Of a stretch of 64,000 nt of DNA, positions 9,249 through 22,293 are shown in pieces. Origin of the DNA: Bdellovibrionales bacterium (GTDB lineage Bacteria; Bdellovibrionota; Bdellovibrionia; Bdellovibrionales; DASUEL01). The position numbers and the translations under genes were made by a program. The stretch's first letter is position 1, and each line of letters starts with the position of its first letter. A model generated the notes under the pieces. That model was not told the DNA's origin and ran no database searches. It was given only the letters and a program-made list of their open reading frames with translations. The stretch covers positions 77,655 to 141,654 of the forward strand of contig JBFWOZ010000002.1 in NCBI GenBank assembly GCA_050250255.1, given 5' to 3'.

Positions 9249-10868
9249 CTACGTCTGTGCGCTTGCGGCTTGTGTTGTTAGACTCTTGTCTCTCATAAAC
9301 AGATATTGCTGACAGATCCCAAAAAGCGTACTCACAAAAATATAAAGTGTGAGCCCACTAGGTAGCGTCAGCATAAAAAACGAAAATAAAATTGGCATAA
9401 ATTGAAGCACTTTTGCTTGAGCAGGATCCAGCGTCGACGGGGTGATCTTTTGCTGAACGTACATCGTGATGCCCATGAGAACTGGCAAAATATAATATGG
9501 GTCTTTAAGGCTCAAATCATGAATCCAAAACATAAAAGGCGCTTTGTACAATTCAATGCTGTGATCAAGGACCTGATAAAGGGCAAAGAAAACAGGGAGC
9601 TGTAAAAACATGGGGAGACATCCTCCGATGGGATTCACCTTATGTTCACGCATTAAGTTCATCGTTTCGCGATTCATCGCCTGAGGGTCGTTTTTATATT
9701 TTTCGCGAAGTCTTTGCATGTGCGGCTGAATGGTCTGCATCGCCTTCATTGACTTGTACGACATGATGTTAAATGGAAGGACCACAAATCTTACGAGAAG
9801 CGTGAGTAAAATAATCGCCACACCGTAGTTGAGGGTTATGGAGAAAAACCAATTCATGAGTTTCAAGAGCGGCTCTGCAAGCCAGCTAAAAAACCCAAAG
9901 TCGACGATCTTCACGAACTGTGGGTTTGCCGAATTCAAAAGCTTTAGGTCTTTCGGTCCCGCATAGAATTGGAATTGCAAATCCATTTCTTTAAGTTCGG
10001 GATTTTTTGTATGCGTGAGCTGACCATACATTTTTTCATCTGTCGCATCAGTACCTGTGCGAAATTCCGGCAAAACGCTCGAGCTGTCGAAAAAACCTTG
10101 GGTGAAATAGCGAGAGCTCATGCTTGCAAGCGACACCTGAGTAAAGCCTTTGTCGTAAGGACTATCCTGAGATGAAAAACTTCTGTCTGTCGTGGTCCCG
10201 TGAGCAATGAAAAAGCTCTGCCACTGAGACGTGTCCGTTGCGATGTTTTTTCCTTCGGCCGTCTTGGAATTTTTATGAAGCGTGTCTTCAGATAAAATAT
10301 GAGTAATGCCCGCGATTTGTCCCTGCTGGTCACTCACTTCGGTGCGAACAAAAATGGAATATTTCGCCGAATCTATTTTGAGGGTTTTTGTGATTGTGGC
10401 AGATCCGACCCTTGCAACTCCCACAAATTCTGTCTCTGATTTTTTTTGCAGAGAGAATGGAGGTGGTGTCGCCAGCTCCTTTAATTGAGTCATTAATGGG
10501 AGATATTTTTCCGTGCTTCCAATGATGATCGGTTTTTCGCTACGATCAAAATATCGCTTCAACTGGATCCCCTTAAGGCCCATGCCCAGGCTAGAGATTT
10601 CAAAGCTCCAAATGTCGTCTTCGAACTTCAATGTTTGTTCCGATGCCTTTGCAGGAATGGCTGCCACGGGTGCAGGCGCGCTTGGTGTCGCGGCTTCCGG
10701 TGTGGTCGGTGCCGTTGCTGCTGGTGCTGTCACTGCGGTTTGTTCTGTAGGTTTTGGGCGAGGGTATTTTTTTGTTAAGTAGTTTTGCCAACCAAACCAA
10801 ACGGCGCCCACAAGAATAATTGCAATAATTGTTTTTGGATCTAAGAAGTTTTCGCGCTCTTGGTTCAT
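9249..10868 (-). CDS. yidC: membrane protein insertase YidC
   Basis: 539 aa. An N-terminal TM helix is followed by a large periplasmic domain and a C-terminal 5-TM 60-kDa insertase core (NPIGGCLPMFLQLPVFFALY). Confidence 0.95.
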   Translation of the reverse strand: MNQERENFLDPKTIIAIILVGAVWFGWQNYLTKKYPRPKPTEQTAVTAPAATAPTTPEAATPSAPAPVAAIPAKASEQTLKFEDDIWSFEISSLGMGLKGIQLKRYFDRSEKPIIIGSTEKYLPLMTQLKELATPPPFSLQKKSETEFVGVARVGSATITKTLKIDSAKYSIFVRTEVSDQQGQIAGITHILSEDTLHKNSKTAEGKNIATDTSQWQSFFIAHGTTTDRSFSSQDSPYDKGFTQVSLASMSSRYFTQGFFDSSSVLPEFRTGTDATDEKMYGQLTHTKNPELKEMDLQFQFYAGPKDLKLLNSANPQFVKIVDFGFFSWLAEPLLKLMNWFFSITLNYGVAIILLTLLVRFVVLPFNIMSYKSMKAMQTIQPHMQRLREKYKNDPQAMNRETMNLMREHKVNPIGGCLPMFLQLPVFFALYQVLDHSIELYKAPFMFWIHDLSLKDPYYILPVLMGITMYVQQKITPSTLDPAQAKVLQFMPILFSFFMLTLPSGLTLYIFVSTLFGICQQYLFMRDKSLTTQAASAQT

Positions 10869-10877
10869 TTCTCTTAT

Positions 10878-11186
10878 TTACCTTTTTGTTGCTGGTGCGC
10901 TGACCGGATCATAACCAAAGGATCCGAAGGGGCGACACCGGATGATTCTTTTTAAAATCATCCCCGCTGCTTTCAAGGGTGAGTGTTTTTCTAGCGCCTC
11001 AAGCGCATAGTCCGAACAGCTCGGTTGAAACCGGCAAGCTCCGCCCATCCAAAATGCAGGTAAGGATTTATATGCGAGAACGGTCGCTATCAAAAGCTTT
11101 TTTCCTAGCGGAGCGAATATTTCTCCAGCCCCTCGCCAGAGGCTCTTCAAACTCTTGAAATGTAAGCTTTTTAAGAAAGTCATCAC
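10878..11186 (-). CDS. yidD: membrane protein insertion efficiency factor YidD
   Basis: It carries the signature CRFQPSCSDYALEALEKH...RCRPFGSFGYDPV. The long N-terminus overlaps rnpA by 119 nt, and I found no closer alternative start codon. Confidence 0.8.
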   Translation of the reverse strand: MMTFLKSLHFKSLKSLWRGAGEIFAPLGKKLLIATVLAYKSLPAFWMGGACRFQPSCSDYALEALEKHSPLKAAGMILKRIIRCRPFGSFGYDPVSAPATKR

Positions 11187-11463
11187 CCTGTTCTCTAATC
11201 ACAATATTTAAATAGATAAGCTGGTTTGGGGTCAGCTCTTCTTTACGAAAAAATTCGCGGCACCAGCGTTTCAATTTATTCCTTAAAACAGCTGTGCCCA
11301 CTTTTTTAGGAATGGTCCAGCCAACATGCACGGCCGGCTTCGGATTTTTATCGACAATATAATTGAGAATCATCCATGGCGTGACTTTAAGTCTCTTTCC
11401 GCTACGGGAAAGTCTCAAGAAATCAGACCTCTTTTTGATAGTCTGGTATCGTCTCGCCTGCAT
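11068..11463 (-). CDS. rnpA: ribonuclease P protein component
   Basis: 131 aa, basic, with the RNR-like motif AVLRNKLKRWCRE. It lies directly downstream of rpmH. Confidence 0.85.
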   Translation of the reverse strand: MQARRYQTIKKRSDFLRLSRSGKRLKVTPWMILNYIVDKNPKPAVHVGWTIPKKVGTAVLRNKLKRWCREFFRKEELTPNQLIYLNIVIREQGDDFLKKLTFQEFEEPLARGWRNIRSARKKAFDSDRSRI

Positions 11464-11472
11464 CGCGCAGGA

Positions 11473-11622
11473 TTATTTATGGCTCGTTGTTGCCGCAAGA
11501 CGTTTACGGCCTTTGGCGCGACGTCGTGCAAGAACAGTTCTTCCGCCAGAAGTGGCCATACGAGAACGGAAACCGTGAGTGGTTTTTCTTTTTTTTCTAC
11601 TCGGCTGATACGTACGTTTCAT
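11473..11622 (-). CDS. rpmH: 50S ribosomal protein L34
   Basis: It falls below the ORF-track length cutoff. Manual translation gives [49 protein letters not shown] followed by a stop. A GGAGAG SD sequence lies upstream. Confidence 0.95.
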   Translation of the reverse strand: MKRTYQPSRKKRKTTHGFRSRMATSGGRTVLARRRAKGRKRLAATTSHK

Positions 11623-11657
11623 GTGAACTCTCCAAAACTATTCCAATTGTGAGGAGG

Positions 11658-11687
11658 ATAGAACCATGACGCAACACTCACTGTCAA
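11658..11687 (-). promoter_or_regulatory. candidate sigma70-type promoter for rpmH-rnpA
   Basis: On the minus strand there is a perfect -35 TTGACA (11682..11687). An 18-nt spacer separates it from a weak -10 TTCTAT (11658..11663). This is pattern only. Confidence 0.3.
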
Positions 11688-11711
11688 GTTGTTGTAAATC
11701 AAAATGCCGGT

Positions 11712-13295
11712 ATGTTAGACCATTCGATCGTACCAGAGGGGCAATCGTACATGGAAGATACAGAAAACAACCCGAAAAACACCATTTCGGACCAATTTGA
11801 TCTTTTTCTCAACTCACCAGCGGAGACAGCTCCGTTTGGATCTGAGAGTCTTGAGGAGAAGATTCGCGTGCCTTTTGGACCACTTACGGGCACCCAAAAC
11901 GCAGGAATAGGCCCTTTTTCTCTCGAATTTTGGACAAAGCTTAAAATTGATCTCCTGAATAAACATGCCTCGAACAAACCTTTTAAAAATTGGTTTGAAG
12001 CCGTAGAGTTTATCGATACGGATCTCGGGGATTATGGTTATGGCCTTCGTTTGCGGGTTCCTAGCGAGCTCCATAAATACTGGCTTTCTGAGAATGTTCT
12101 TGAAGAGTTAACTTCCGAAATTGCTCAACTTTATCGCGGTCCTTTCCGTGTAGAATTTATCGTTAGTGGCGCGGCTCAGGCTTCCTCCCATTACAGCACT
12201 CCAACCTCTGGAAATATTGAGACGGCCCCTGCGTCAGAAATCGTGGAGACCTCTTCCTCTAGTGGAAATCTCTATTTAAATCCTAATTATACTTTTGGTA
12301 CTTTTGTCGTTGGTCGAAATAACGAATTTGCTCATGCGGCTTGCTTCAATGTGGCCGAGCGCCCAGGAAGTGGATACAACCCTCTTTTTATCTGCGGACC
12401 AACGGGTATGGGTAAAACCCACTTACTCAATGCTGTAGGAAATCACATTCGAGATAAATTTCCTCAGATGAGAATTTGCTACCTTTCTGCAGAACGTTTT
12501 CTTAATGAATGTATCTCTGGAATTCGTCGAAATACGATGGATAAATTCCGACTGCGATATCGTGAAAGATGCGATGTTCTTTTAATTGATGATATTCAAA
12601 CTCTAGGGCGTGGCGAAGCTGTGCAGGATGAGTTTTTTCACACTCTGAATGATTTCTTTGAAACTCGAAGACAGGTCATTGTTGCGAGTGATCGCATGCC
12701 CAATGACATTCATGGTTTAGAAGATCGTATTCAATCTCGCCTCCAGTGGGGTTTGATTGCGGATATTCAGGTTTCTGATATGGAAACGCGTCTGGCGATT
12801 CTACGTTATAAAGCAGAGAAAAAAGGAGTGCGTCTTCCTGACGACGTAGCCAATTACATTGCCAGTATCTCGAAAAAATCGATTCGTGAGCTTGAAGGTA
12901 ACCTGAATCGCGTGACTATTCATATGGAGCTCTATGGTGGTCATTTAGGCCTGGAAGTGGCGAAAAAAGCCCTGATGGCGCAGGCTAGTCAGCTGGATAC
13001 TCTCACGCCTGATCAGATCCAAAAAATGGTGGCTGATGTCTTTAATGTGAAGATTCTCGATTTAAAGTCGAAAAGTCGTGGCCGTCCTTTGGTAACTGCG
13101 CGTCAAACAGCTATGGTTCTCATGAAAAACTATCTGAACCAGAGCGTCACTGATATTGGACGATTCTTTAATAAAGACCACTCAACGGTGATCAACGCAT
13201 TGCAGAGAATTGAGAATCAACGACTTGAAGATCGAAATTTAGATAATGTTATTAAAAACTTAGAGAGCAGAATCCACAATATTCTCGGCTTGTGA
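11712..13295 (+). CDS. dnaA: chromosomal replication initiator DnaA
   Basis: 527 aa with Walker A GPTGMGKTHLL, box VII/sensor motifs and a C-terminal DNA-binding domain (HSTVINA). The conserved N-terminal W...L...W segment starts only at ~aa 70. A GTG at 11868 with an AGGAG sequence 9 nt upstream is an alternative start. Confidence 0.95.
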   Translation: MLDHSIVPEGQSYMEDTENNPKNTISDQFDLFLNSPAETAPFGSESLEEKIRVPFGPLTGTQNAGIGPFSLEFWTKLKIDLLNKHASNKPFKNWFEAVEFIDTDLGDYGYGLRLRVPSELHKYWLSENVLEELTSEIAQLYRGPFRVEFIVSGAAQASSHYSTPTSGNIETAPASEIVETSSSSGNLYLNPNYTFGTFVVGRNNEFAHAACFNVAERPGSGYNPLFICGPTGMGKTHLLNAVGNHIRDKFPQMRICYLSAERFLNECISGIRRNTMDKFRLRYRERCDVLLIDDIQTLGRGEAVQDEFFHTLNDFFETRRQVIVASDRMPNDIHGLEDRIQSRLQWGLIADIQVSDMETRLAILRYKAEKKGVRLPDDVANYIASISKKSIRELEGNLNRVTIHMELYGGHLGLEVAKKALMAQASQLDTLTPDQIQKMVADVFNVKILDLKSKSRGRPLVTARQTAMVLMKNYLNQSVTDIGRFFNKDHSTVINALQRIENQRLEDRNLDNVIKNLESRIHNILGL

Positions 13296-13302
13296 TTTAG
13301 CC

Positions 13303-13311
13303 CGTGGATAA
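13303..13311 (-). promoter_or_regulatory. DnaA box-like 9-mer TTATCCACG (8/9 to TTATCCACA)
   Basis: The plus strand reads CGTGGATAA, 8 nt after the dnaA stop. Confidence 0.55.
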
Positions 13312-13350
13312 CTCTGCTGATAACTCCGTGGGTTTGTTGGTTATTACGAC

Positions 13351-13359
13351 TTTTCCACA
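13351..13359 (+). promoter_or_regulatory. DnaA box-like 9-mer TTTTCCACA (8/9)
   Basis: Read directly. It fits the relaxed consensus TTWTNCACA. Confidence 0.55.
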
Positions 13360-13390
13360 AAACAGAGGGTTGGTTTCACGGTTACTCAGA

Positions 13391-13421
13391 GAAGTAATAA
13401 ACAAAAGAAACTTATTACTTC
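13391..13421. repeat. perfect 10-bp inverted repeat GAAGTAATAA-N11-TTATTACTTC
   Basis: Read directly. A related TTATTAC also occurs at 13341..13347. Confidence 0.7.
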
Positions 13422-13445
13422 TCGATATTTAGGTTATAAGTCCCG

Positions 13446-13454
13446 TAATCCACG
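13446..13454 (+). promoter_or_regulatory. weak DnaA box-like 9-mer TAATCCACG (7/9)
   Basis: Read directly. It has two mismatches to the consensus. Confidence 0.35.
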
Positions 13455-13469
13455 TTACCTACTACAGCT

Positions 13470-13505
13470 ACTAGTATTTATATATATAAGAAACTAGTAA
13501 ATAAG
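13470..13505. other. AT-rich candidate DNA-unwinding element
   Basis: The sequence is CTAGTATTTATATATATAAGAAACTAGTAAATAA. It includes a (TA)n run and two ACTAGTA copies. It lies immediately upstream of the dnaN SD sequence. Confidence 0.45.
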
Positions 13506-13517
13506 GGGGTCCAAAAT

Positions 13518-14620
13518 ATGAAAATCAATGTTGAGAAATCTGACTTACTTTCCCTTATCTCAAAAACTCAGAACATCGTTGAGAAAAGAAATACCATGCC
13601 CGTACTGGCGAACATTCTTTTTGAAGCGAAGGATGATCGACTCAAAGTTTTTGCAACAGATCTTGAAGTGAGTTTAACAGATTCGATTCCAGCAGAGATT
13701 GATCAGCCAGGACAAGTGGCGGTAAATGCAAAAAGTATTTTTGAAATTGTGAGAGAGTTAAGTGAGGGACCCGTTCAACTCACAAAGAATACGAATAACT
13801 GGTTAAGCGTAAAGCAAAAAAAATCAGCATTTAATATTGTGGGAATTTCATCAGAAGAATTTCCTATCTTCCCGACTTACTCTACGAAAGAGTTTATTAA
13901 GATTCAGTCTGATGTTCTCGCCGACATGATTGAGAAAACTCTTTACAGCGTTTCTCATGATGAAACCCGCTACAACCTCAACGGAGTTTATTTTGAACAA
14001 CTTCCTGAAGAGGGAGGAGTTCATTACAGAATGGTGGCGACAGATGGTCACCGTCTCAGTCTTGTGAATCGAAAAACACAATCAATTGCAAAAGAAAAAG
14101 TTCCTGGCGCTTCGAGTGATGGAGTGATTGTTCCCCGTAAAGGTTTACAAGAAATTCGAAAACTTCTAGAAGTATCTAGTGGCGCGATCGAAATGGCGGT
14201 TGAGGGATCACAATTTATTCTTAAGGGCGGATCAACTTTGTTGATGATTCGGTTGATTGAAGGAAAATATCCTAACTACAACCAACTCATTCCAAAAAAT
14301 ATGAAACGACTCGTGACTGTTTCTAAAGAACAACTCACATCTTCACTCAGAAGAGTTTCACTTCTTTCAAATCAAAAGTCGAAGAGTGTAACTCTCACTT
14401 TGAATCCAGGTTTGATGCAAATTTCTTCTAACAACCCAGAAATGGGAGACGCGAAAGAAGAAATCGAAGTGGCTTATAAAGGCGAAGAGATGAAAATTGG
14501 GTTTAACGCAAAATATCTTCTGGATATTCTTAACAGTATCCATGATGAAGAAATCAAAATTGAACTCAACGACCAACTTTCACCGGGGCTCATTCGTCCA
14601 GGACACGATGCTGACTACAC

Positions 14621-14648
<28 letters not shown>
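13518..14648 (+). CDS. dnaN: DNA polymerase III beta sliding clamp
   Basis: 376 aa with a typical DnaN N-terminus (MKINVEKSDLLSLISKTQNIVEKRNTMPVLANILFEA) and C-terminus (...YTCVVMPMRI). An AAGGGGG SD sequence lies upstream. Confidence 0.95.
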
Positions 14649-18305
<3,657 letters not shown>

Positions 18306-18316
18306 GGAGTAGTTCA

Positions 18317-20824
18317 GTGGAACAAGATCAGCCACCAGCACAGCCTGGTGAGGGCAACGGCGGAAATAAAAACATTATTCCTGTCGATATCAATACGGAA
18401 ATGAAAGAGGCTTATCTTCAATATTCGATGAGCGTCATCGTTGGCCGTGCCTTGCCAGACGTACGTGACGGCTTAAAGCCCGTTCACCGCCGAGTTCTCT
18501 TTTCCATGTACGAATCAGGCTACACCCACGACAAGCCTTATAAAAAATCCGCCCGTGTCGTCGGGGATGTGATCGGTAAATACCACCCACATGGTGATTC
18601 TGCTGTTTACGACACCATCGTACGCATGGCTCAAGATTTTTCCATGCGCTATGTGATGATCGATGGACAAGGAAACTTCGGATCCATCGATGGCGATAAT
18701 GCCGCCCACATGCGATACACAGAAGTGCGCATGACAGATTTTGCCGAAGAACTTTTGGCAGATCTCGACAAAGAAACCGTTCCGTTCGGCCCTAACTACG
18801 ACGACTCTCTTCAAATTCCCCATGTGCTTCCGGCGAAATATCCGAACCTCATGGTGAATGGAAGCACGGGTATTGCCGTGGGTATGGCGACAAATATTCC
18901 TCCTCACAACCTGACCGAAGTAGTGAGTGGCTGTATCGCCCTTATTAAAAATCCAGAACTCAGCATCGATGAACTTATTGAGATCATTCCCGGACCTGAC
19001 TTTCCATCTGCGGGCGAAATCTCTGGCCGCGAAGGAATCCTTTCTGCCTACAAAAAAGGCCGCGGAATTATTTCCGTACGCGCCGTTTCGGAAGTCATTG
19101 CGAACAAGCAAGGTCGTGAACAAATCATCGTGACGGAACTTCCGTATATGGTGAACAAAGCACGGTTGATTGAAAATATTGCGGACATGGTGAAGGACAA
19201 AAAAATCGAGGGTATCTCTGATATTCGCGACGAGTCCTCGCGCGAAGGCATGCGTATCGTTTTTGATATCAAGCGTGGTGAAAACGCCGAAGTGATTGCG
19301 AACCGCCTCTACAAATTTACGCAAATGCAGACGAGCTTTGGCATTATCATGCTTGCGCTGGATGCGAAAAATCAGCCCAAAATTTTCAATTTAAAATCCA
19401 TGCTCGCGGCCTTTTTGGATCACCGAAAAGAAGTCGTCACACGCAGATGTATTTTTGAACTCAAGAAAGCCGAAGCCCGCATACATATTCTTAACGGCTT
19501 AAAAATGGCTCTTGATCAGATTGATGCCGTTGTGGCGACGATTCGTGCTTGTAAAGAGCCGAACGAAGCTCGTGTTGCTCTCGTAGAAAAATTTAAATTC
19601 AGCGAAATTCAGGCCCAAGCTATTTTAGAAATGCGCTTACAGCGCTTGACGGGTCTTGAGCGACAAAAAATTCAAGCCGAAATCGATGACCTTGAAAAAA
19701 CTATTTCTTGGCTCAAAAAAGTTTTAGGTGACCCAGAAGAGATCAGCAAGATCATCGTTGGGGAGCTAGAAGAAGTTCGCAAAAAATTTGGCGACGATCG
19801 TAGAACGAAAATCACGGGTGATATGGGCAATATCGACGACGAAGATCTGATCACCGAAGAAGACGTTGTCGTGACGTTTACTCATACGGGCTACATCAAA
19901 CGAATCTCGATCGATGAGTATCGCTCTCAGCGCCGTGGCGGTAAAGGCATCAAGGGCATGGAAACACGAGAGGAAGACTTTGTTTCGAATCTCTTCGTGG
20001 CCAGCACGCTGACCACGCTCCTTGTGTTTACTGATAAAGGCAAAATCTACTGGCTCAAAGTTCATAAGCTGCCGCAAGGAAACCGCACTTCTAAAGGAAA
20101 GTTTATTGCGAACGTCTTAAAACTTGGTGAAACCGAAAAAGTTCAGGCCATTCTCCCTGTTCAGGAGTTTGAAGACGATAAGTTTGTAGTTTTCGTGACG
20201 AAAAAAGGGGTCGTGAAGAAAACACCCCTCAGCGCGTTTTCAAACCCACGCCCATCGGGAATTATTGCTTTAACGATCGATCTCAATGACAGCCTGATCA
20301 GTGCGAAACTCAGCAGCGGCAAAGATGATATCTTTGTTGTAACAAAAGAAGGTATGTCGATTCGCTTCACTGAAGATGATGTTCGTGCCATGGGCCGTGC
20401 GGCTCGCGGAGTGAAAGCCATCAATCTCGTAGGTGAAGATGAAGTTGTTGGGGTTGAAGTTCTTCTGAAGGATTCGAAAAAGGCAATTTTGATTCTCACT
20501 TCTCACGGTTACGGAAAGCGTACAGAGATGGAAGAGTATCGCCCTCAGGGTCGTGGCGGTACGGGTATCATCACTCAGAAAACGACGGATAAAATTGGTA
20601 ATGTCGTGGGTACGCTCATCGTTTCTGATGATGACGACATCATGATCATTACAGACAAAGGGCAAATTATTCGAACTCGATGCAAAGAAATCTCCATGCT
20701 TGGTCGTAACACCCAGGGCGTGAGAGTGATTTCACTCAATGAAGGTGAGCTAGCCTCTTGTGTGGCTCTTGTGGCGGATAATGAAGACGACGAGACAAAA
20801 GCTCCAGGCGAACCAACCCATTAA
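18317..20824 (+). CDS. gyrA: DNA gyrase subunit A
   Basis: 835 aa with a GTG start and an AGGGAG SD sequence. It has RALPDVRDGLKPVHRR and a QRDR-like region (HPHGDSAVYDTIVRMAQ). The active-site Tyr context is AAHMRYTE. The C-terminal domain is a beta-pinwheel. Confidence 0.95.
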   Translation: MEQDQPPAQPGEGNGGNKNIIPVDINTEMKEAYLQYSMSVIVGRALPDVRDGLKPVHRRVLFSMYESGYTHDKPYKKSARVVGDVIGKYHPHGDSAVYDTIVRMAQDFSMRYVMIDGQGNFGSIDGDNAAHMRYTEVRMTDFAEELLADLDKETVPFGPNYDDSLQIPHVLPAKYPNLMVNGSTGIAVGMATNIPPHNLTEVVSGCIALIKNPELSIDELIEIIPGPDFPSAGEISGREGILSAYKKGRGIISVRAVSEVIANKQGREQIIVTELPYMVNKARLIENIADMVKDKKIEGISDIRDESSREGMRIVFDIKRGENAEVIANRLYKFTQMQTSFGIIMLALDAKNQPKIFNLKSMLAAFLDHRKEVVTRRCIFELKKAEARIHILNGLKMALDQIDAVVATIRACKEPNEARVALVEKFKFSEIQAQAILEMRLQRLTGLERQKIQAEIDDLEKTISWLKKVLGDPEEISKIIVGELEEVRKKFGDDRRTKITGDMGNIDDEDLITEEDVVVTFTHTGYIKRISIDEYRSQRRGGKGIKGMETREEDFVSNLFVASTLTTLLVFTDKGKIYWLKVHKLPQGNRTSKGKFIANVLKLGETEKVQAILPVQEFEDDKFVVFVTKKGVVKKTPLSAFSNPRPSGIIALTIDLNDSLISAKLSSGKDDIFVVTKEGMSIRFTEDDVRAMGRAARGVKAINLVGEDEVVGVEVLLKDSKKAILILTSHGYGKRTEMEEYRPQGRGGTGIITQKTTDKIGNVVGTLIVSDDDDIMIITDKGQIIRTRCKEISMLGRNTQGVRVISLNEGELASCVALVADNEDDETKAPGEPTH

Positions 20825-21644
20825 ACTTTTCGGCAGGCACCTCTCTTTTTTTATGGGCCTGCTGCTATTTTGCTCTATGAACAGCTCGTGCAGTTGGTTT
20901 CAGCGCGAGACGGAGATTGAGTCGGCCCAAAAAGATGTCGAGGCGGCTCGTTACGACGAGGCAGTTTTTAAACTCGAAAAACTCGTGAAGAGCCATCCCG
21001 AATCAAAAGATGCTCTAGATGCCGCCCGCATGGGTACAAAAATCACATTTTTAGAAATAAAGAATTACGAAAAGGCCCTTTTTTTCTATAAACACCTTGT
21101 GCTCTACTCCCCGAATGAATCCGAAAGACTAGAATCGCAAAAAAAAGTCGCGGAAATTTATTTCGAACGCCTTTCTGACCATGGGCAAGCCGTCACAGAG
21201 CTCAATAAACTTTTACAGCTAAAACATCATCCGGAAGAAGAGCTGAGGTTCCGTATGAACTTAGCAAAAGCAAACTTTTACCTCAGTCGCTTTCAACAAG
21301 CAGAGGCAGAGGTCGACTTGGTGATGGAAAAAAACATTCCCGCGGATATGCTGTTTGATGCCCAGCTATTAAAAGGGAATATTTATTTTTCAACAAAGCA
21401 GCTGGAAAAAGCGATTGAGATTTTCAAAAAAATCATGGAAACCTCTCCCGAAAAAGCCCGCGATGAACATGTCGGCGTAAGCCTTGCGATTTGTTACGAG
21501 GAAAAAAATGACTTCGCCTCTGCCCGTGAGGTTTTAAATAAGATTAAGCCCACCTACCCAAACCCTGAATTTATCGAAACCAAACTCCGTCGTTTGGAGC
21601 AGAGACAGAACCAGCTTCCGGGAGCCCGGGGTTTAAAGAGGTAA
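20781..21644 (+). CDS. TPR-repeat protein, probable exported or lipoprotein
   Basis: The ORF opens at a GTG at 20760 inside gyrA, so the ATG at 20781 or 20853 is the more likely start. A hydrophobic segment (LSFFMGLLLFCSMNSSC) is followed by several TPR-like units. Confidence 0.6.
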   Translation: MKTTRQKLQANQPIKLFGRHLSFFMGLLLFCSMNSSCSWFQRETEIESAQKDVEAARYDEAVFKLEKLVKSHPESKDALDAARMGTKITFLEIKNYEKALFFYKHLVLYSPNESERLESQKKVAEIYFERLSDHGQAVTELNKLLQLKHHPEEELRFRMNLAKANFYLSRFQQAEAEVDLVMEKNIPADMLFDAQLLKGNIYFSTKQLEKAIEIFKKIMETSPEKARDEHVGVSLAICYEEKNDFASAREVLNKIKPTYPNPEFIETKLRRLEQRQNQLPGARGLKR

Positions 21645-21647
21645 GCT

Positions 21648-21869
21648 ATGGGTGAAAACATCAAGTACTTTGCTCTCGTGACCGAATTGGTAGGCCTGAT
21701 GATTGGGTTTGCCTATTTAGGCGAGTGGCTTGAAAAGAAGTTTGAACTGGGGCGTTATGGCATGTTATCAGGAGTCATCTTCGCCATCGTAATTTGGTTC
21801 ATTCACGCCATTGTCGTGATGAAAAGCCTCGAGAAAAGCTCTGAGGATGGGGATAGAAAAGAGAACTAG
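21648..21869 (+). CDS. AtpZ/AtpI-family small membrane protein (F0F1 operon gene 1)
   Basis: 73 aa with two TM helices (ALVTELVGLMIGFAYLGEWL, GMLSGVIFAIVIWFIHAIVV). It is the first gene of the atp F0 operon. Confidence 0.6.
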   Translation: MGENIKYFALVTELVGLMIGFAYLGEWLEKKFELGRYGMLSGVIFAIVIWFIHAIVVMKSLEKSSEDGDRKEN

Positions 21870-22293
21870 GTCCGTGTCCACCCAAAGCTTCTTTCGCATC
21901 CTATTCGCTTCCTGGTGCCTTTGCCTGCTTATAAGTGTAGGGATTTACTTCAGTTTAGGCGCTCTTAAGGGCCAATCCTATTTTTTCGGGTCGATGGTCT
22001 CTCTCATTAATACGGCCATCTTTGCTTCGCTTTGGAGAGCACATTTTGAGAAAAAAGATGTTGCCCAATTTGCGATTGTCATTGTAATTAAGTACGCGAT
22101 TTTAATGCTGATTATTTATTACACTTTGGTTCTTGGAAACCTCTCGCTAGAGGCTGCAGGAATTGGACTCGTGTCGACAATGATTGTGATTTCCATTGTG
22201 ACCGCTAAGAAAATGGCAGCAGAGAACATTAAATTGAGCGACGAAGAGACCGATAAAAACCCGGAGCAGAACACAGATGGAAGCCCACTTTAG
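21847..22293 (+). CDS. atpI: ATP synthase protein I (AtpI-like membrane protein)
   Basis: 148 aa with four predicted TM helices. It sits directly before atpB. Confidence 0.55.
   Translation: MGIEKRTRSVSTQSFFRILFASWCLCLLISVGIYFSLGALKGQSYFFGSMVSLINTAIFASLWRAHFEKKDVAQFAIVIVIKYAILMLIIYYTLVLGNLSLEAAGIGLVSTMIVISIVTAKKMAAENIKLSDEETDKNPEQNTDGSPL

Larger units (their letters stand above)
13296..13517. other. putative oriC (dnaA-dnaN intergenic region)
   Basis: This is a 222-bp non-coding gap. It contains three DnaA-box-like 9-mers, a perfect 10-bp inverted repeat and an AT-only stretch next to dnaN. Gene orientation in the window switches about 1.7 kb upstream, at the divergent rpmH/dnaA junction. 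Confidence 0.6.

Noticed and set aside
18515-19324. A 269-aa ORF antisense to gyrA.
   Set aside because: It lies in the codon-aligned antisense frame: (19324-18317+1) is divisible by 3. Its stops would correspond to sense codons TTA, CTA and TCA, which gyrA largely avoids. It has no SD sequence and no recognisable domain, and its sequence is low-complexity and reverse-translated-looking.
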